Below, one piece after another: positions 1 to 10,600 of a stretch of 64,000 nucleotides of DNA. Both the position numbers and the translations under genes were made by a program. Numbering within the stretch: the stretch's first letter is position 1; each line of letters starts with the position of its first letter. The notes beneath the pieces are model-generated. The model had not been told where the DNA came from and searched no databases. It saw nothing but the letters and a program-made list of their open reading frames with translations. Source of the stretch: Giardia intestinalis (taxonomy: Eukaryota); NCBI GenBank assembly GCA_000002435.2, contig CM018790.1; one strand, written 5' to 3'.

Positions 1-1
1 T

Positions 2-1060
2 AAGATAAGACGCCCTGCTGAGCTGGAGCTTATATTCAGACGTGTAATACTTTCCTAAAGATGCACTAGTGTTGATAAGGAGCATGCCCAATCTGGCAAT
101 GCCAAAGTAGGGCCCAAGCGCCCCTAAAACAATCCCCAGAAACAGCTTCCAATTAAAAACAAAAGGGTCAGGCTTCTTATAGCAACAGGGATACTTGTAA
201 AAGACACCTAAATTGAGCTTAAGTACTCCCTTGAGAGGCATATCCAAGATGCTTTTGCGAAACATTATAAACAGCATCCAAACAGCTACCAGAGAGTGTG
301 CAGTGACAAAGCTCCATGCAGAGGCGTGTAAGATAAAGGTTCCTTCGGGATATACCATCTTGAAATAGAAGTAGTAAAGCTGGTCAAAGAGCACAAAGAG
401 GATGGAGAGGGCGAGAGAGCGCATGATGTTCAGAAAGCAGCGATTCTCCGCAGCAAGGAAATTTCCAAACCCGATGCTAAAAGGAGTTAAGAAGACGCCC
501 AGGCCGAACATTATCTTGTAATATGAACCAAATTCCGTTCCCCAGGTCAAGTCCACCCCTGAGAGTAATCGATGTCCTAACGGGACCATGATAGCGCAAA
601 TCAGGACGGCCCAGAACATAGATGCAAGAACGTAGTGGCTGAAAATCACATTGGCCATGATGACTTTGTTGGCAGCCAAGGCAGGACTCAGCATGTTAAC
701 TGCGACGCCTGCAAAGGCCTGGCACGGTACAATAACAAAGAGAAGGTCACTTCCATAGAGAATAGCCTGAGCACGGAGGCCTTCGAGTCCCGTATAAAAA
801 ATGGCTATATTGTAGTCTGAAAAGTAGGCAACAGCGTTCAGAAGATTGGTGATAAGGTACGGTATGGATGTCCCCCAAAGAAGTGAACTTATTGGCTGAG
901 TCCCAAGCCGCTCTATTGTGCTCTCGGTGGCAGACTTGACAGATCCCTCCTGCACAGTTTTACTACCACCTCCTGAGTCGTTCCGAGGATCAGCTGTACC
1001 AGGCGCCATAGGACCAGCCGAGCACTGGTCCTTCTGACCCGGTTGGCTTCTCTTAGACAT
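2..1060 (-). CDS. Polytopic membrane protein (transporter-like), N-terminal 353 codons. ATG at 1060 reads leftward and runs off the window start with no stop.
   Basis: Manual translation of the minus strand from ATG 1058-1060 gives an unbroken frame to position 2 (MSKRSQPGQKDQCSAGPMAPGTADP...). A hydrophilic N-terminus is followed by at least 9 hydrophobic segments (e.g. LITNLLNAVAYF, LLFVIVPCQAFAGVAVNMLSPALAA, FWAVLICAIMVPLG, MFGLGVFLTPFSIGFGNFLAA, LSILFVLFDQLYYFYF, WSFVTAHSLVAVWMLFIMF). An AT-rich stretch (ggattaaaaaaccgc) sits directly 5' of the ATG. Family not assignable by eye. Confidence 0.55.
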   Translation of the reverse strand, partial: MSKRSQPGQKDQCSAGPMAPGTADPRNDSGGGSKTVQEGSVKSATESTIERLGTQPISSLLWGTSIPYLITNLLNAVAYFSDYNIAIFYTGLEGLRAQAILYGSDLLFVIVPCQAFAGVAVNMLSPALAANKVIMANVIFSHYVLASMFWAVLICAIMVPLGHRLLSGVDLTWGTEFGSYYKIMFGLGVFLTPFSIGFGNFLAAENRCFLNIMRSLALSILFVLFDQLYYFYFKMVYPEGTFILHASAWSFVTAHSLVAVWMLFIMFRKSILDMPLKGVLKLNLGVFYKYPCCYKKPDPFVFNWKLFLGIVLGALGPYFGIARLGMLLINTSASLGKYYTSEYKLQLSRASYL

Positions 1061-1512
1061 GCGGTTTTTTAATCCTTTGTGGTGTTCGCTCTGTATCAGC
1101 TTGCAGCATCGTTCTGTTAGAATGTCTTCTTGTAGACACTGGTTAGACTGTTGAACACTTTGACAGTTGGTGGATAATAGCCAGAGGTATAACTCAGGAA
1201 GCACTGCATCGTTCTAAATTGTGGGGTGATGCATCTGTTGACAGAATAGTATAAAACAATCCGCTTTGCATCGACTTACTCTTGTTCCACTAGGGTTGGT
1301 TCGCCAACTTTTGCCCGAGTAAATCCCTCACGCAGGCGTCACGCTAAGAACTTCCTCGCTTGTTCACCATCCGAAGCCAGGGAATCGAGGTTCGGACGTC
1401 ATACCATTCTGATGACAAAAGAAGAACCTCATGCTTCCTCCTCCAAGATGAGTGTAGGTGCAACGGAGAGCTTGAAGCCAGTGATGGCACTAATTCCTCG
1501 CCACGCTGGGCC

Positions 1513-1769
1513 GACGCTGGCCAGGATAATCGCCCGCTTGTCGAGATGGACCCACACGTGACCTATGTGAATCCCTCGACGGGTGGGTCGGAGAGGCCCT
1601 TGAGGGAATGCTTGGTTCGGATAAAAGTGGGTAGCGCTTCTGCCTGCCCATAACTGGTTGGAGGAAGGAACCCTAGAGGCACCGCGAGGAGCGGCAGCTT
1701 CCAGGGGAGGCGGGCATAGGAGTTCTTCCGCCGGAATCGAGGGCATCCGATCTTCGGATTCTGGACTCT
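1513..1769. repeat. Element A, copy 1: a 257-bp GC-rich sequence with an identical inverted partner at 8196-8444.
   Basis: Direct alignment: 1513-1753 is the exact reverse complement of 8203-8444. A then carries a 7-bp insertion (cggattc) followed by 8 more matching bases. Both copies are open in the same frame (shared 80-aa peptide MPSIPAEELLCPPPLEAAAP...), which is expected for identical GC-rich DNA and is not taken as coding evidence. Confidence 0.8.
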
Positions 1770-2157
1770 GCCTGGGAGCAAGGGGCCTGCCCTCGCTTGC
1801 CTCAACTGCCATTAAACTCTGATCTTACCCAGTGTACCGAAGCAAAATAAGGATGTCTGAGCAATTCCCACAAGCCACCAAACGTCCTCAGAAGCAAACA
1901 AGCCACGGAAACACGTTTTCTCTATATGGTTGGTTCTGGTGGCGCACTACCTGGACTGCTCTCCTCGCATCGATGCAGCTCGTCAAGAGCGAACACGGAA
2001 TATCGGGTGCGCCGTCCCCGGCCATGACGGTGTCAACGGCACTGTGCAGAGCACGCTCGGGGGCAGGGGAGCGGCCACCCCTGCTCCCGGTTGCAGGCTG
2101 GCTGGCGAAGTATACGAGGCGCACCCGCTTGTCAGGCAGCTGCACCACTAGTGACGC

Positions 2158-2172
2158 GTTTACTATCTAAGT
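2158..2172 (-). terminator. VSP-type extended polyadenylation signal (ACTTAGATAGTAAAC on the minus strand), 3-17 nt past the stop codon.
   Basis: Matches the consensus ACTYAGRTAGTRAAY described 3' of Giardia vsp genes. It contains the general Giardia poly(A) signal AGTRAAY. Confidence 0.7.
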
Positions 2173-2174
2173 AC

Positions 2175-4085
2175 CTACGCCTTTCCTCTACAAATAAACC
2201 ACCAGCAGAGGAAGCCGACGAGGCCCCCTACAACAACAATCACAGCAACGGAGATGCCTGCAATGGCGCCAGTGGAGAGCCCGCTCTTGTTCGTGCTTCC
2301 ACCAGTGCCACTGCCACTGCTGTCATCGTTCTTGACATAGCAAGTAACAGAGCCGCCATTGCCACCAGTTGGAGGGGCACAGCTTATGCAGTTCTCTACA
2401 CCAGTGATTGCGTTGGCACTAGCTCCGTCGCCTGCTGTGCACCTAAAGCACTTATTAGTAGAAAGATAATATCCAGAAAGGCAGGAAGAACAGGTCTGAG
2501 AACCGACGTTACCAGTACACTTCAAACAACCATCAGGGCATGTAGGACAGGCTTGTCCTTTGGGATCTGCTCCACTTGCTACGCACATAGTACACTTTCC
2601 GCCTACGGATAACGTGCATACAGAGTTGCCGGGGACCTTATTTGTATTATAGCATCCGCCCGATAACAGAGCGTAGTTTGCCCCACACTCAGTGCATTTC
2701 CCGCCACTTGCCTTACATCCGGAGGCATCCCTCGCTGTGCTGGCCACCTTAGTGCAAACGCCGTCGACTGGGGCGTACCCATCCTCGCACTGATCGCAGT
2801 ACTTCGAGCCTCCGACGTTCAGTGAGCAGCCGTCGGCCTTGCAGTGGGCCATAAAGTCTCCCGTGCACTCTTTTATGCACGTTCCTGCGTCACCAGACGA
2901 CCGACTCAGCACATACCCCGGATAGCAGGCCGTGCACGACGTTTCTGCGTTAGTACTACAGCTTGCGCATGTATTGTGACAGGAAGCGCAAATGCCGGTA
3001 CTGTCACGATTATCGGGATATGTGCCGGCAGGGCACTCCTCCAGACATGCATCATTAAGGGGGCTCAGTCTTTTGGTCTCACACCCAGAGCACGTAACCA
3101 TTGGACCTGCTCTTGCAGACGTTGCCTTGAGAGAGCATTTTGCACAATCCTCTATGCCACCATTGGCAGTATCGCTGCACTTAGCACACACCTTCTTGCC
3201 TTGTGCATCGGCTGTGGGGAAGAATCCATCCTTACACTCCTCTGCACTGACACAAGAGGCTGTCCCCGATTCTGTCTTCAGATACTTATCTGCCTGGCAC
3301 TCAGTGCACGTTGCAGGGCCGGCACTCTGTGGCTTAGTACACTTGGCGCATCCAGCGACGCCCTTCCAAGCACCAGATCCCTGAGTAGCATCTCCGCACG
3401 ATATGCAAGGGCCCTCGCTCCCCTCTGTTGCTAAGAAGTACGTCTCTGCCGTGCACGACTTGCACTTGCTGACTGTCCCGTCGGTGCAGGTCAGGCAGTT
3501 ATCTGCACATGCTGTACATGTCTTTCCTTTACTATTATCTACAAAGTATCCGCTCTCGCATGCTGTGCACGTGGCAGCCTTGGCGTTAGCATCGGCTGCT
3601 ACGTCAGGCGTGTCACACTGAGTGCAATGCGGCACGCCCTTATACTTGTGGTTGTTTTTAGCTGGTACTTCCTCCTCACTTCCGCACGGTATAGCAGACT
3701 GATGTGCATTATCTCTATCAGCATCGGGTGGCAGGAAGTATCCTTGCGCGGCTTGTGTGCACACTCCAGCAGCTGCTTGTGTACACGCTGCATTGCCAGG
3801 TTTAGTATCCTTTGAATAGCATCCTCCTTTGTACATGAAGGAGCTTCCCGTACACGTGGTGCACTTTCCTTCTGCCTTTGCATTACACACAGCGTTGTCT
3901 GTTGTGCACTTGCCGTCCGTCGGGGCAGACTCCGACCCACTATCATTGCATTGCGAGCAGTAGCTCACTCCCCCAATGGTGGCCCCGCATGTCTTGCAGG
4001 TCTCGGGACCGCCACCGGAGACGGGTGTGCACTCCTCTGTCGCCAGTTGAAGCGTGAGGCCGATCAGCAAAAATGCGTAGAACAT
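2175..4085 (-). CDS. vsp: Variant-specific surface protein (VSP), copy L. 636 aa from the first ATG (MFYAFLLIGLTLQLA signal peptide) to the CRGKA tail.
   Basis: Signal peptide. About 11% Cys arranged as CXXC/CXC pairs throughout. GGCY motifs (KGGCYSKDT, SGGCYNTNK). A Gly/Ser-rich stalk. A single C-terminal TM helix (GAIAGISVAVIVVVGGLVGFLCWWFI) followed by the VSP-invariant CRGKA, then the stop. The track ORF 2175-4313 begins at a TTG 76 codons upstream; the first ATG is at 4083-4085. Confidence 0.9.
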   Translation of the reverse strand: MFYAFLLIGLTLQLATEECTPVSGGGPETCKTCGATIGGVSYCSQCNDSGSESAPTDGKCTTDNAVCNAKAEGKCTTCTGSSFMYKGGCYSKDTKPGNAACTQAAAGVCTQAAQGYFLPPDADRDNAHQSAIPCGSEEEVPAKNNHKYKGVPHCTQCDTPDVAADANAKAATCTACESGYFVDNSKGKTCTACADNCLTCTDGTVSKCKSCTAETYFLATEGSEGPCISCGDATQGSGAWKGVAGCAKCTKPQSAGPATCTECQADKYLKTESGTASCVSAEECKDGFFPTADAQGKKVCAKCSDTANGGIEDCAKCSLKATSARAGPMVTCSGCETKRLSPLNDACLEECPAGTYPDNRDSTGICASCHNTCASCSTNAETSCTACYPGYVLSRSSGDAGTCIKECTGDFMAHCKADGCSLNVGGSKYCDQCEDGYAPVDGVCTKVASTARDASGCKASGGKCTECGANYALLSGGCYNTNKVPGNSVCTLSVGGKCTMCVASGADPKGQACPTCPDGCLKCTGNVGSQTCSSCLSGYYLSTNKCFRCTAGDGASANAITGVENCISCAPPTGGNGGSVTCYVKNDDSSGSGTGGSTNKSGLSTGAIAGISVAVIVVVGGLVGFLCWWFICRGKA

Positions 4086-7000
4086 TGTGGCTCGACGCTC
4101 TGTCACACAGAGATATAGCAGCTCCGTTCGCCAGTCCGCCCCTTCATGGCATCTGTCTGTGCTGCATGACGCACTGGCAGGGAAGGCCCTCCACAGGCCT
4201 GCGGAGAAGTGGAGTCGTACCGATTCCACTCTTATGACCTGCCGCTCCGAGCTTCTGTGACTGGCCGGCTGTGAGATGGATTGATCAGTATAGGTCTCCC
4301 CCTTATGCTGCAAGGCGTACCATAGTAGTGGCTACACGGCGGCCATGCTTCGCTCTTCGCTGTGATGTGAGGGTTTCCTGGCGACCAACTCCCCTGCTGT
4401 GCCAGTCACAATGTCTGCCAAGGAACTGCCTAGGGATCTCCTGAATGCTTGAACAGACCCAATGGAGGCCGGGCCATGAGACGTCCAGCAGCCCCGAGCC
4501 ACGGGTCACCAGCGCATGCCTCGAACACTGTTCCCCCGAGATTCCACTGTTGAAGCCCGGCAGGAGCGATGCCCCGTGGAGGATGGCTGCGTTCTATCGC
4601 GACCCACTGCGACTGTCCCCCTGCTCAGGGGCGCCGTCTGTCATACGACTCAACCCGCTTGCACCATAGACTATTGATGAGCCTGTCCCCTGTCGACTCC
4701 CACGCACTGAAGGGCCCTACTGACCACTTTAGAGACCGTCCCTCGCCGGCCGCAGACCCATCTAGGAGCCAGTGCCTGTCCATCCCCATCTGGGATAGTC
4801 CCACTGGAGTGGACAGCCTTCGGGCACGCAATGGTGTCCCAGCACCCTCAGAGCGGTGGTCCCGCCCACTTGACCGGCTCCAGCCAACCATACCATAGCG
4901 TCTCTCACATAAGGAGTATCCCGCACACTGGAGAAAAGGCAACGTCGAGGCGGCCAGCGCTGTCGGGCCGCCCGCTCCCTGCTGGCAAAGAATAGCGGGA
5001 CCGTAAACAACCTGGGCTATCACTACTCGGCTCAGAGTGCTCAGCTCCTGGAATCGTGGCCGAGAGTGATCATTTGGGCAAGGCACGCAGCGTTGCTATC
5101 GGAGGCACTCTTGTGTTCGAGAGCCTTCCAATAAGACCGGTCCTGCCTGGTGCCAAAGAATGGGCTGTATGCTGGTCAACTGAACTGAAGATTGATGGTA
5201 GTGTTTATGGACAGCAAGCTAGGAAAGTCAGTGGCCTCTAGATTTCATGTCACATTGAGCAACCCACTATACGAAAGCTTGATATCTCAAATAATCAGCT
5301 GACGTTACGAAGTGCTTGGTAGTTTGATAACCATGTGGAGGTGAGACAGTGAGAGAGTCGTAAAGCAGCTTGCAGGCAGAGACGCTGAGGTGCGCAGCGA
5401 TCTGGTCTATCAAGTCTCTGTTGAGTGCACAAGGAATGCTCGAATGTAGTAAACTGGCCGGCCCTCTTTATAGCAGGCAAGGGCTTCTATCTGCACTGTA
5501 CAGTTATGGGATATACCCTTGCAGAATTAGTAAAAACACCCATATAAACAGCACTGAGTGCTTGGGATTTACGCCGGTGAGCAAGAGCTGATTGTGCCAC
5601 CTTGGTTGGCAAGTACTTCAAACTGTGCAACGCATACACCAATCCTTTGGTCAAAGTGAAGGCGACAGTCCTCATGGCACTATAAAATCAACCATGTGAA
5701 TCGTGGGAGCCTCATCTGGTGGCTCGTCTATTGCGGAAAGACGCAATTGAGGAACTGCTGGATAGCAAACATGCTGCCTGTTATCAGGTTACACAGTATA
5801 CCTCTACGACAGAGTCTTTATGCACACGTCGACAAATAGCCGAACACCTTTAAGATTCATAACAAGCAAACACTCAAGAAAGCCTGTGGTATTTCAAATG
5901 CACAAACTCAAAAATCAACCTCCAACCTATCTGTAGACACAATGCTTCAGAGTCGGAGGCCAAAAAGACACCGTGTGCGTCCTTGCTGCAATTCGGATCT
6001 GTAATTAGCATCTCTAGCGCTAGCCTTGCCCCACTAATCTGCTGGTCATTCCTACCTTCTCTGTGCGAACCAGCTCTCCAGGAACCACCGTGCACGGATA
6101 GCCTCCTGTACGCCCAAATAGCATCATTCTTTGTTGAGGTGTGTCACGAAGGGCTAGGTGTTATAAGGTGAGTGCGACTAGAGGCAAAGCCTTCCTGCAG
6201 GCCCGTCTAACACCAGCAATGGGCATCCAAACATGTGCACGGGCCCTTGGCGAGTGCACTGTAATCTAGGCCGGTCAGCACACTAGGCTTGTGACACTTG
6301 GTGCATAGATTTCTGTTTTTAGTTATAAGTCTGGGGATTGTGTCTTACCTTGAAAGGCAGTAGAGTGCTTTGCAGGGCCTTTCTGGGTATACAGCTATCG
6401 CTATAGCTAATGGATGAACAGCAATAAAGACTCTATGCTTAAACAGAGGCATTTCTGATGCAACCAAGTGCTGTCTTCCATCAATAGCAGACAGCTCAAA
6501 CAGGCGGTGTCCACTCTATCATCAGACCTTATGCGGCGTGTGTGCATTATTAGAGAAGCTTCTGTAATCTCTGCTCAGTCTGTTGGGCAGGTACAGCCCA
6601 AGTGTAACGAAGACGGTGGTGGAGGCAGTCACCGGCGCAAGGCAATGAGGCGTATGGCTCAGCACAACAATTCGTTTTTAGAAGCCCTAGGCCTCCAAGA
6701 CGAGCATAGCATACTGTCTGCACATGCAATTCCTCTTTCACGCTGCTTACTCCTATGAGCAGTTGCGATACATCGCATGCCAGAAAACGGCGTAGAGGGT
6801 TCCCAGACTATTGGACCAGTAGACCGAACTGACAAGGGTAGCTAGCCATGCATGCAGAAGCTCTGTCCTGGGGGCAGTGGGTGCGACGGCTGCCTCAAGT
6901 TTTTTAGTATCCAGACACAGGCTAATTACGTGTATATCGAGGGGTCGTTCTGGCTGATCTGGCTATGGCTGCACAGACGATGCAGAGCAATAACCCGGTC

Positions 7001-7609
7001 ACCACCTCAGTTCCCTGTCTGTTCTGAGCTCCAAGTCACGACCAACCAGCGAAGAATGATCTTCTTCGCCCTACATAGAGCTCTCCTAGACAGATATGCT
7101 CCCAGGTGTGGCTAGCCAACATTAGGGGCTACTCGTAGCCGGCGTTCCTCAATACTTGCCCAGTCTCACTTACATCTGCATTCACTTTGGACGCCAGAGG
7201 ATGCTGGGCTAAACATGTATTTACAAAGGGCACATATGATGACAGAAGGACGTAGTCATCTCCTGAACTTCCCTAACTTAGTTGGGCAACGTGCCCTTCA
7301 GAATGCACGATGGAGCTCACTGGTAGATGCATCGTCACAGCTTCGATGTCTTAGAATGCTTGATTGGCCGACAGTGATAACGCTCCTCTTCTGCCATATA
7401 ATCTGCCGCTTCCTGTCTAAGGGTATTGATCACTAACTATGTATAGCACTTTTCTTGGTTGCCATTATAGGTGTACCTCTTGATACTTGGGTTACCTGTT
7501 CTTCGCTGCACTGTTCTATTATCCCCTGCGGCAGGAGCTATATCGAAATCCTTGGTCGGCATATCTTGGGATCACCTCCCGCGCTCATATCGTCGTAGAG
7601 CACTGGTCC

Positions 7610-10600
7610 TCAGGTCGTCCCCAGCCATTGTGAGAGCCACACTATATGACCAAATGCGGGGCTTATTCCGCTCCGGATGCCTTGCCTGCCGGCGTGCCCT
7701 CTGGCTTGCCGACGCCTGTGGATGGAGACGCGTCGCTGCAGCCACACAGTTATTTACGCATCTTAGAAGCGCCCGTACTGGACAGCGTAGGGTTTTGCTT
7801 ATTTAGTACAGCTCCGTGATGCAGAAGACTCTAAAAGGAGGCCTGGGAACCCAGTCCAGTCCGGAGGGGAGGCATGCCGCGGAGTTATCCATTTCTCATT
7901 GAGGTCTAAAACGTCAGCGGACCACGGGAGGTCTCTCGCCACAGCAGCCGGCTGGCATTCTGTCACCTTATTACGGATATGAAGGCTGCCCACATGAGTC
8001 AACGCCGAAGCAAGACGTCTGGTCTGACAGAACTGCTGGGCAGAGCAGGTGGCAGAGCTGATATATTGAGAGATTTACTCTCCGTTTCACCGGGGCGGGG
8101 TTGCTACCTGCTATCTGAGTGGTCTCCCATGCGAGCCACCGCCTCCCTGGGCAAGCGGGTATCTCTCGCCCTTGCATCGGCTGAGATCCGAACCTAGAGT
8201 CCAAGATCGGATGCCCTCGATTCCGGCGGAAGAACTCCTATGCCCGCCTCCCCTGGAAGCTGCCGCTCCTCGCGGTGCCTCTAGGGTTCCTTCCTCCAAC
8301 CAGTTATGGGCAGGCAGAAGCGCTACCCACTTTTATCCGAACCAAGCATTCCCTCAAGGGCCTCTCCGACCCACCCGTCGAGGGATTCACATAGGTCACG
8401 TGTGGGTCCATCTCGACAAGCGGGCGATTATCCTGGCCAGCGTCAGCTTAGCATGATGAGAGGTTGGCGCCATCACCAGCTACATGCCTTCAGTCGCCTT
8501 CTCTATCGCCTTGAGAGAAGAAGCATCCTCCTTTGTCGTCAAAATGGGACAACATCCGAACCTCGATTCCCAGACTTCGGATGGTGAACAGGCGAAGGAG
8601 CGCCCAATATGGCACCTGCGTGAGGGATTTACTCGGATAGCAGCTACGGCGTCTGGCTGCTTGTTTCTCCTACAAGCCTAGTAATTGACCAGGGTTGCTT
8701 TACAGTCGTGGAGACACTGCTGCGTCTCTCTAAGTCTTTTAGAGAGACGATCCAGTTTAGTGTAGAAGGAATGAGCGCGACCCAGCCCGTGCCTACGTGT
8801 TGCTCTACGGTTTGCTGCTCCTGCTTGCTGTCTTCGTTTCCCTGAAAGCAGCCACGGTGGCTCTCTGGAGCAATCGCTTGCATCCATCCACAACCCTAGG
8901 CGTTACGACTTGGAAGGCCATGTCATCGCATAAGCTCTATGGAAGGCATTTACTAGCCATGGTAGATGGAGGTCGCTGCCTCTGAGGCCCTGATGCATGC
9001 TGAGCCTAAAAGACGCTGACTCCACTGGCTGCAGGAGCCGCCACTTACTGTGACAGCTTGAAGTAGCACCACTTCGAGGACAGAGGATATCCACAGCTCG
9101 AGAGGACGCGGCGGCAGAGAACAGACTCAGGCATAGCCACAAACAGACCCACCAATCCGGATGGATGAGGGCGGACACCTAATTGGCAAGCCGTTGGCTA
9201 GTCTATGTAGAGGCGCATCCTCTAACAGCAGGGTCTGGCACACGAAGTCTAAGGGCGACCATGGGTACACAGCAGACGGGCAGAAGCCTGCTTCGTAGTG
9301 TGTGGAGGCTTTGATGAGGCAATCCTAAGTTTAATGAAGGCCGGGACCGGTAGCTCTAACAGACAGTTCCCCAGCTTTGGAATACTTGCGTCACCATAGA
9401 GTCAATACAGTGAGTTGTCTGTAGTAACAAGTCTGTGGAGATAAGAGCAGACTCCTATCAAACTAACTAGATACTAATGGATCCTAGCGTGAACTCGCAG
9501 TATAGGGACTTGCAGAAGGCACCGCGTTCTACTCATCTGAGTAAGACAGCCAACTGAGTGAACCCATAATGCAAAGACCACGAGGCCAAGGGCTCCTCCA
9601 TAGCCTAAAAGCTAACATCACAAGAGTCACACTGGCCGCGGAGTGCTTTCCGATCCCCTGAGGCTTAGCGGCATGGCTTCGTTCCCTAGTACGGCCAGAC
9701 AGACTTGAGACACGAGATACTCTGTCTGCTGCAAAGCACACCTTCTGGCAGCGACTCAGGTCTATCGGGTAACTCTCGCATAGAGGAGGCAGATGGGTCC
9801 GAAGCGCCATCGCTCGCCTGATAACTCTGAGTCATGGAAGAGGAAGCTGTTTATGAGAATGCACCCCTAGTGTGTAGATCCGCGTTTTCATGCGAAGTGA
9901 GAAGACGCTCCTGGATTGATCTGTCATGCCTCCATCTGCTCTAGCAAAATGTAACGCAACGCATGCACTATTGATCTATGTCGCCATGACAGCCATAGTT
10001 AACTAGCCAACGAGACAATCGCTAGAGGAACCCTTGGACACTTATGAGCAGAGGCGCAGCCTGAGAGCAGTCATCTGGCCGCTAAGTGATGGAGGAGCAG
10101 ACACAGCGCTGCTCCGTGCAATCACACTCTCTCACTTTAGTGGCTATGTGGGCAGCCCCGGTCTTGTGAGGTCTGCGGATAAGCTGCTTCATCCCATAAA
10201 GCATCCAGAATTACTACAGGTGACCCCTGCAAAGTCTTACTGCGGGAGGTCATGCTTCACTAAAGACGTGGCTCTGGAAACACATTGACTGATGGGAGCT
10301 CCCCTCTGGCGTTCTTAGGGGCGGTGTCTGTCTACAATAGCTCCTACACCCACTGCCTGTCTATGGCCCAACTCTGCCGTATTAGACCCCTGTCTCCACT
10401 GAATGGCTGATTCGAGGGTGATGCTGGTTACCAGGATGATACCTTACATTGACTGCTAAGAGCTGTCTTTGCATATATTACGCTGCTTAGTGTTGCACTC
10501 AAACGAAGCTTGCTATTGCTCCGCAACTATTGTGGATTGGAAGAACAGTTAGCATTCTCAGTAGTTCATGTGGTAATTGGAAGCCAGGGAAGTCTAAGTT

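Larger units (their letters stand above)
1961..7609. repeat. Left arm of a perfect 5,649-bp inverted repeat (partner 13002-18650). Contains VSP copy L plus 213 bp of 3' flank and about 3.5 kb of 5' flank.
   Basis: Every ORF in the arm has an identical mirror ORF with coordinate sum 20611 (e.g. 2175-4313 vs 16298-18436; 7215-7436 vs 13175-13396). Both boundaries were checked base by base: 1961-1980 ctcctcgcatcgatgcagct equals the reverse complement of 18631-18650, and identity ends at 7609/13002. Confidence 0.85.

Noticed and set aside
1429-1812. ORF 1429-1812 (127 aa) and its twin 8172-8456 share an 80-aa Pro-rich peptide; this could be a small conserved gene.
   Set aside because: The peptide is shared only because element A is duplicated at the DNA level. 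The frames run out of A into unrelated flanks on both sides. The composition is that of GC-rich non-coding DNA and there are no motifs. It is kept as a repeat, not a CDS.
2844-3946. Several 100-200-aa ORFs on the strand opposite the VSP genes (e.g. 2844-3434, 2992-3384, 3599-3946, mirrored at 16665-17767).
   Set aside because: These are antisense read-throughs of the Cys-codon-rich VSP coding sequence (TGY/GCA codons give long open antisense frames). They have no motifs, they duplicate exactly with the arm, and they are wholly nested in a strongly supported gene.
4086-4313. A 76-codon N-terminal extension of the VSP ORF in the track (MQHKGETYTDQ...).
   Set aside because: The track start is a TTG. 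The first ATG (4083-4085 / 16526) gives a classic signal peptide, MFYAFLLIGLTLQLA, as expected for VSPs. The extension is an open-frame artefact.
4300-5100. The GC-rich block inside each arm, considered as a fragment of the GC-rich Giardia rDNA or a telomere-adjacent sequence.
   Set aside because: There are no (TAGGG)n telomeric repeats and no stretch recognisable by eye as conserved SSU/LSU rRNA core sequence. A proper answer needs a homology search, which is listed under the findings.
8205-8230. A tRNA-like T-loop (ccctcgattccgg) inside element A'.
   Set aside because: It does not fit the GTTCRANYC T-loop consensus, and no acceptor or anticodon arm can be drawn around it.
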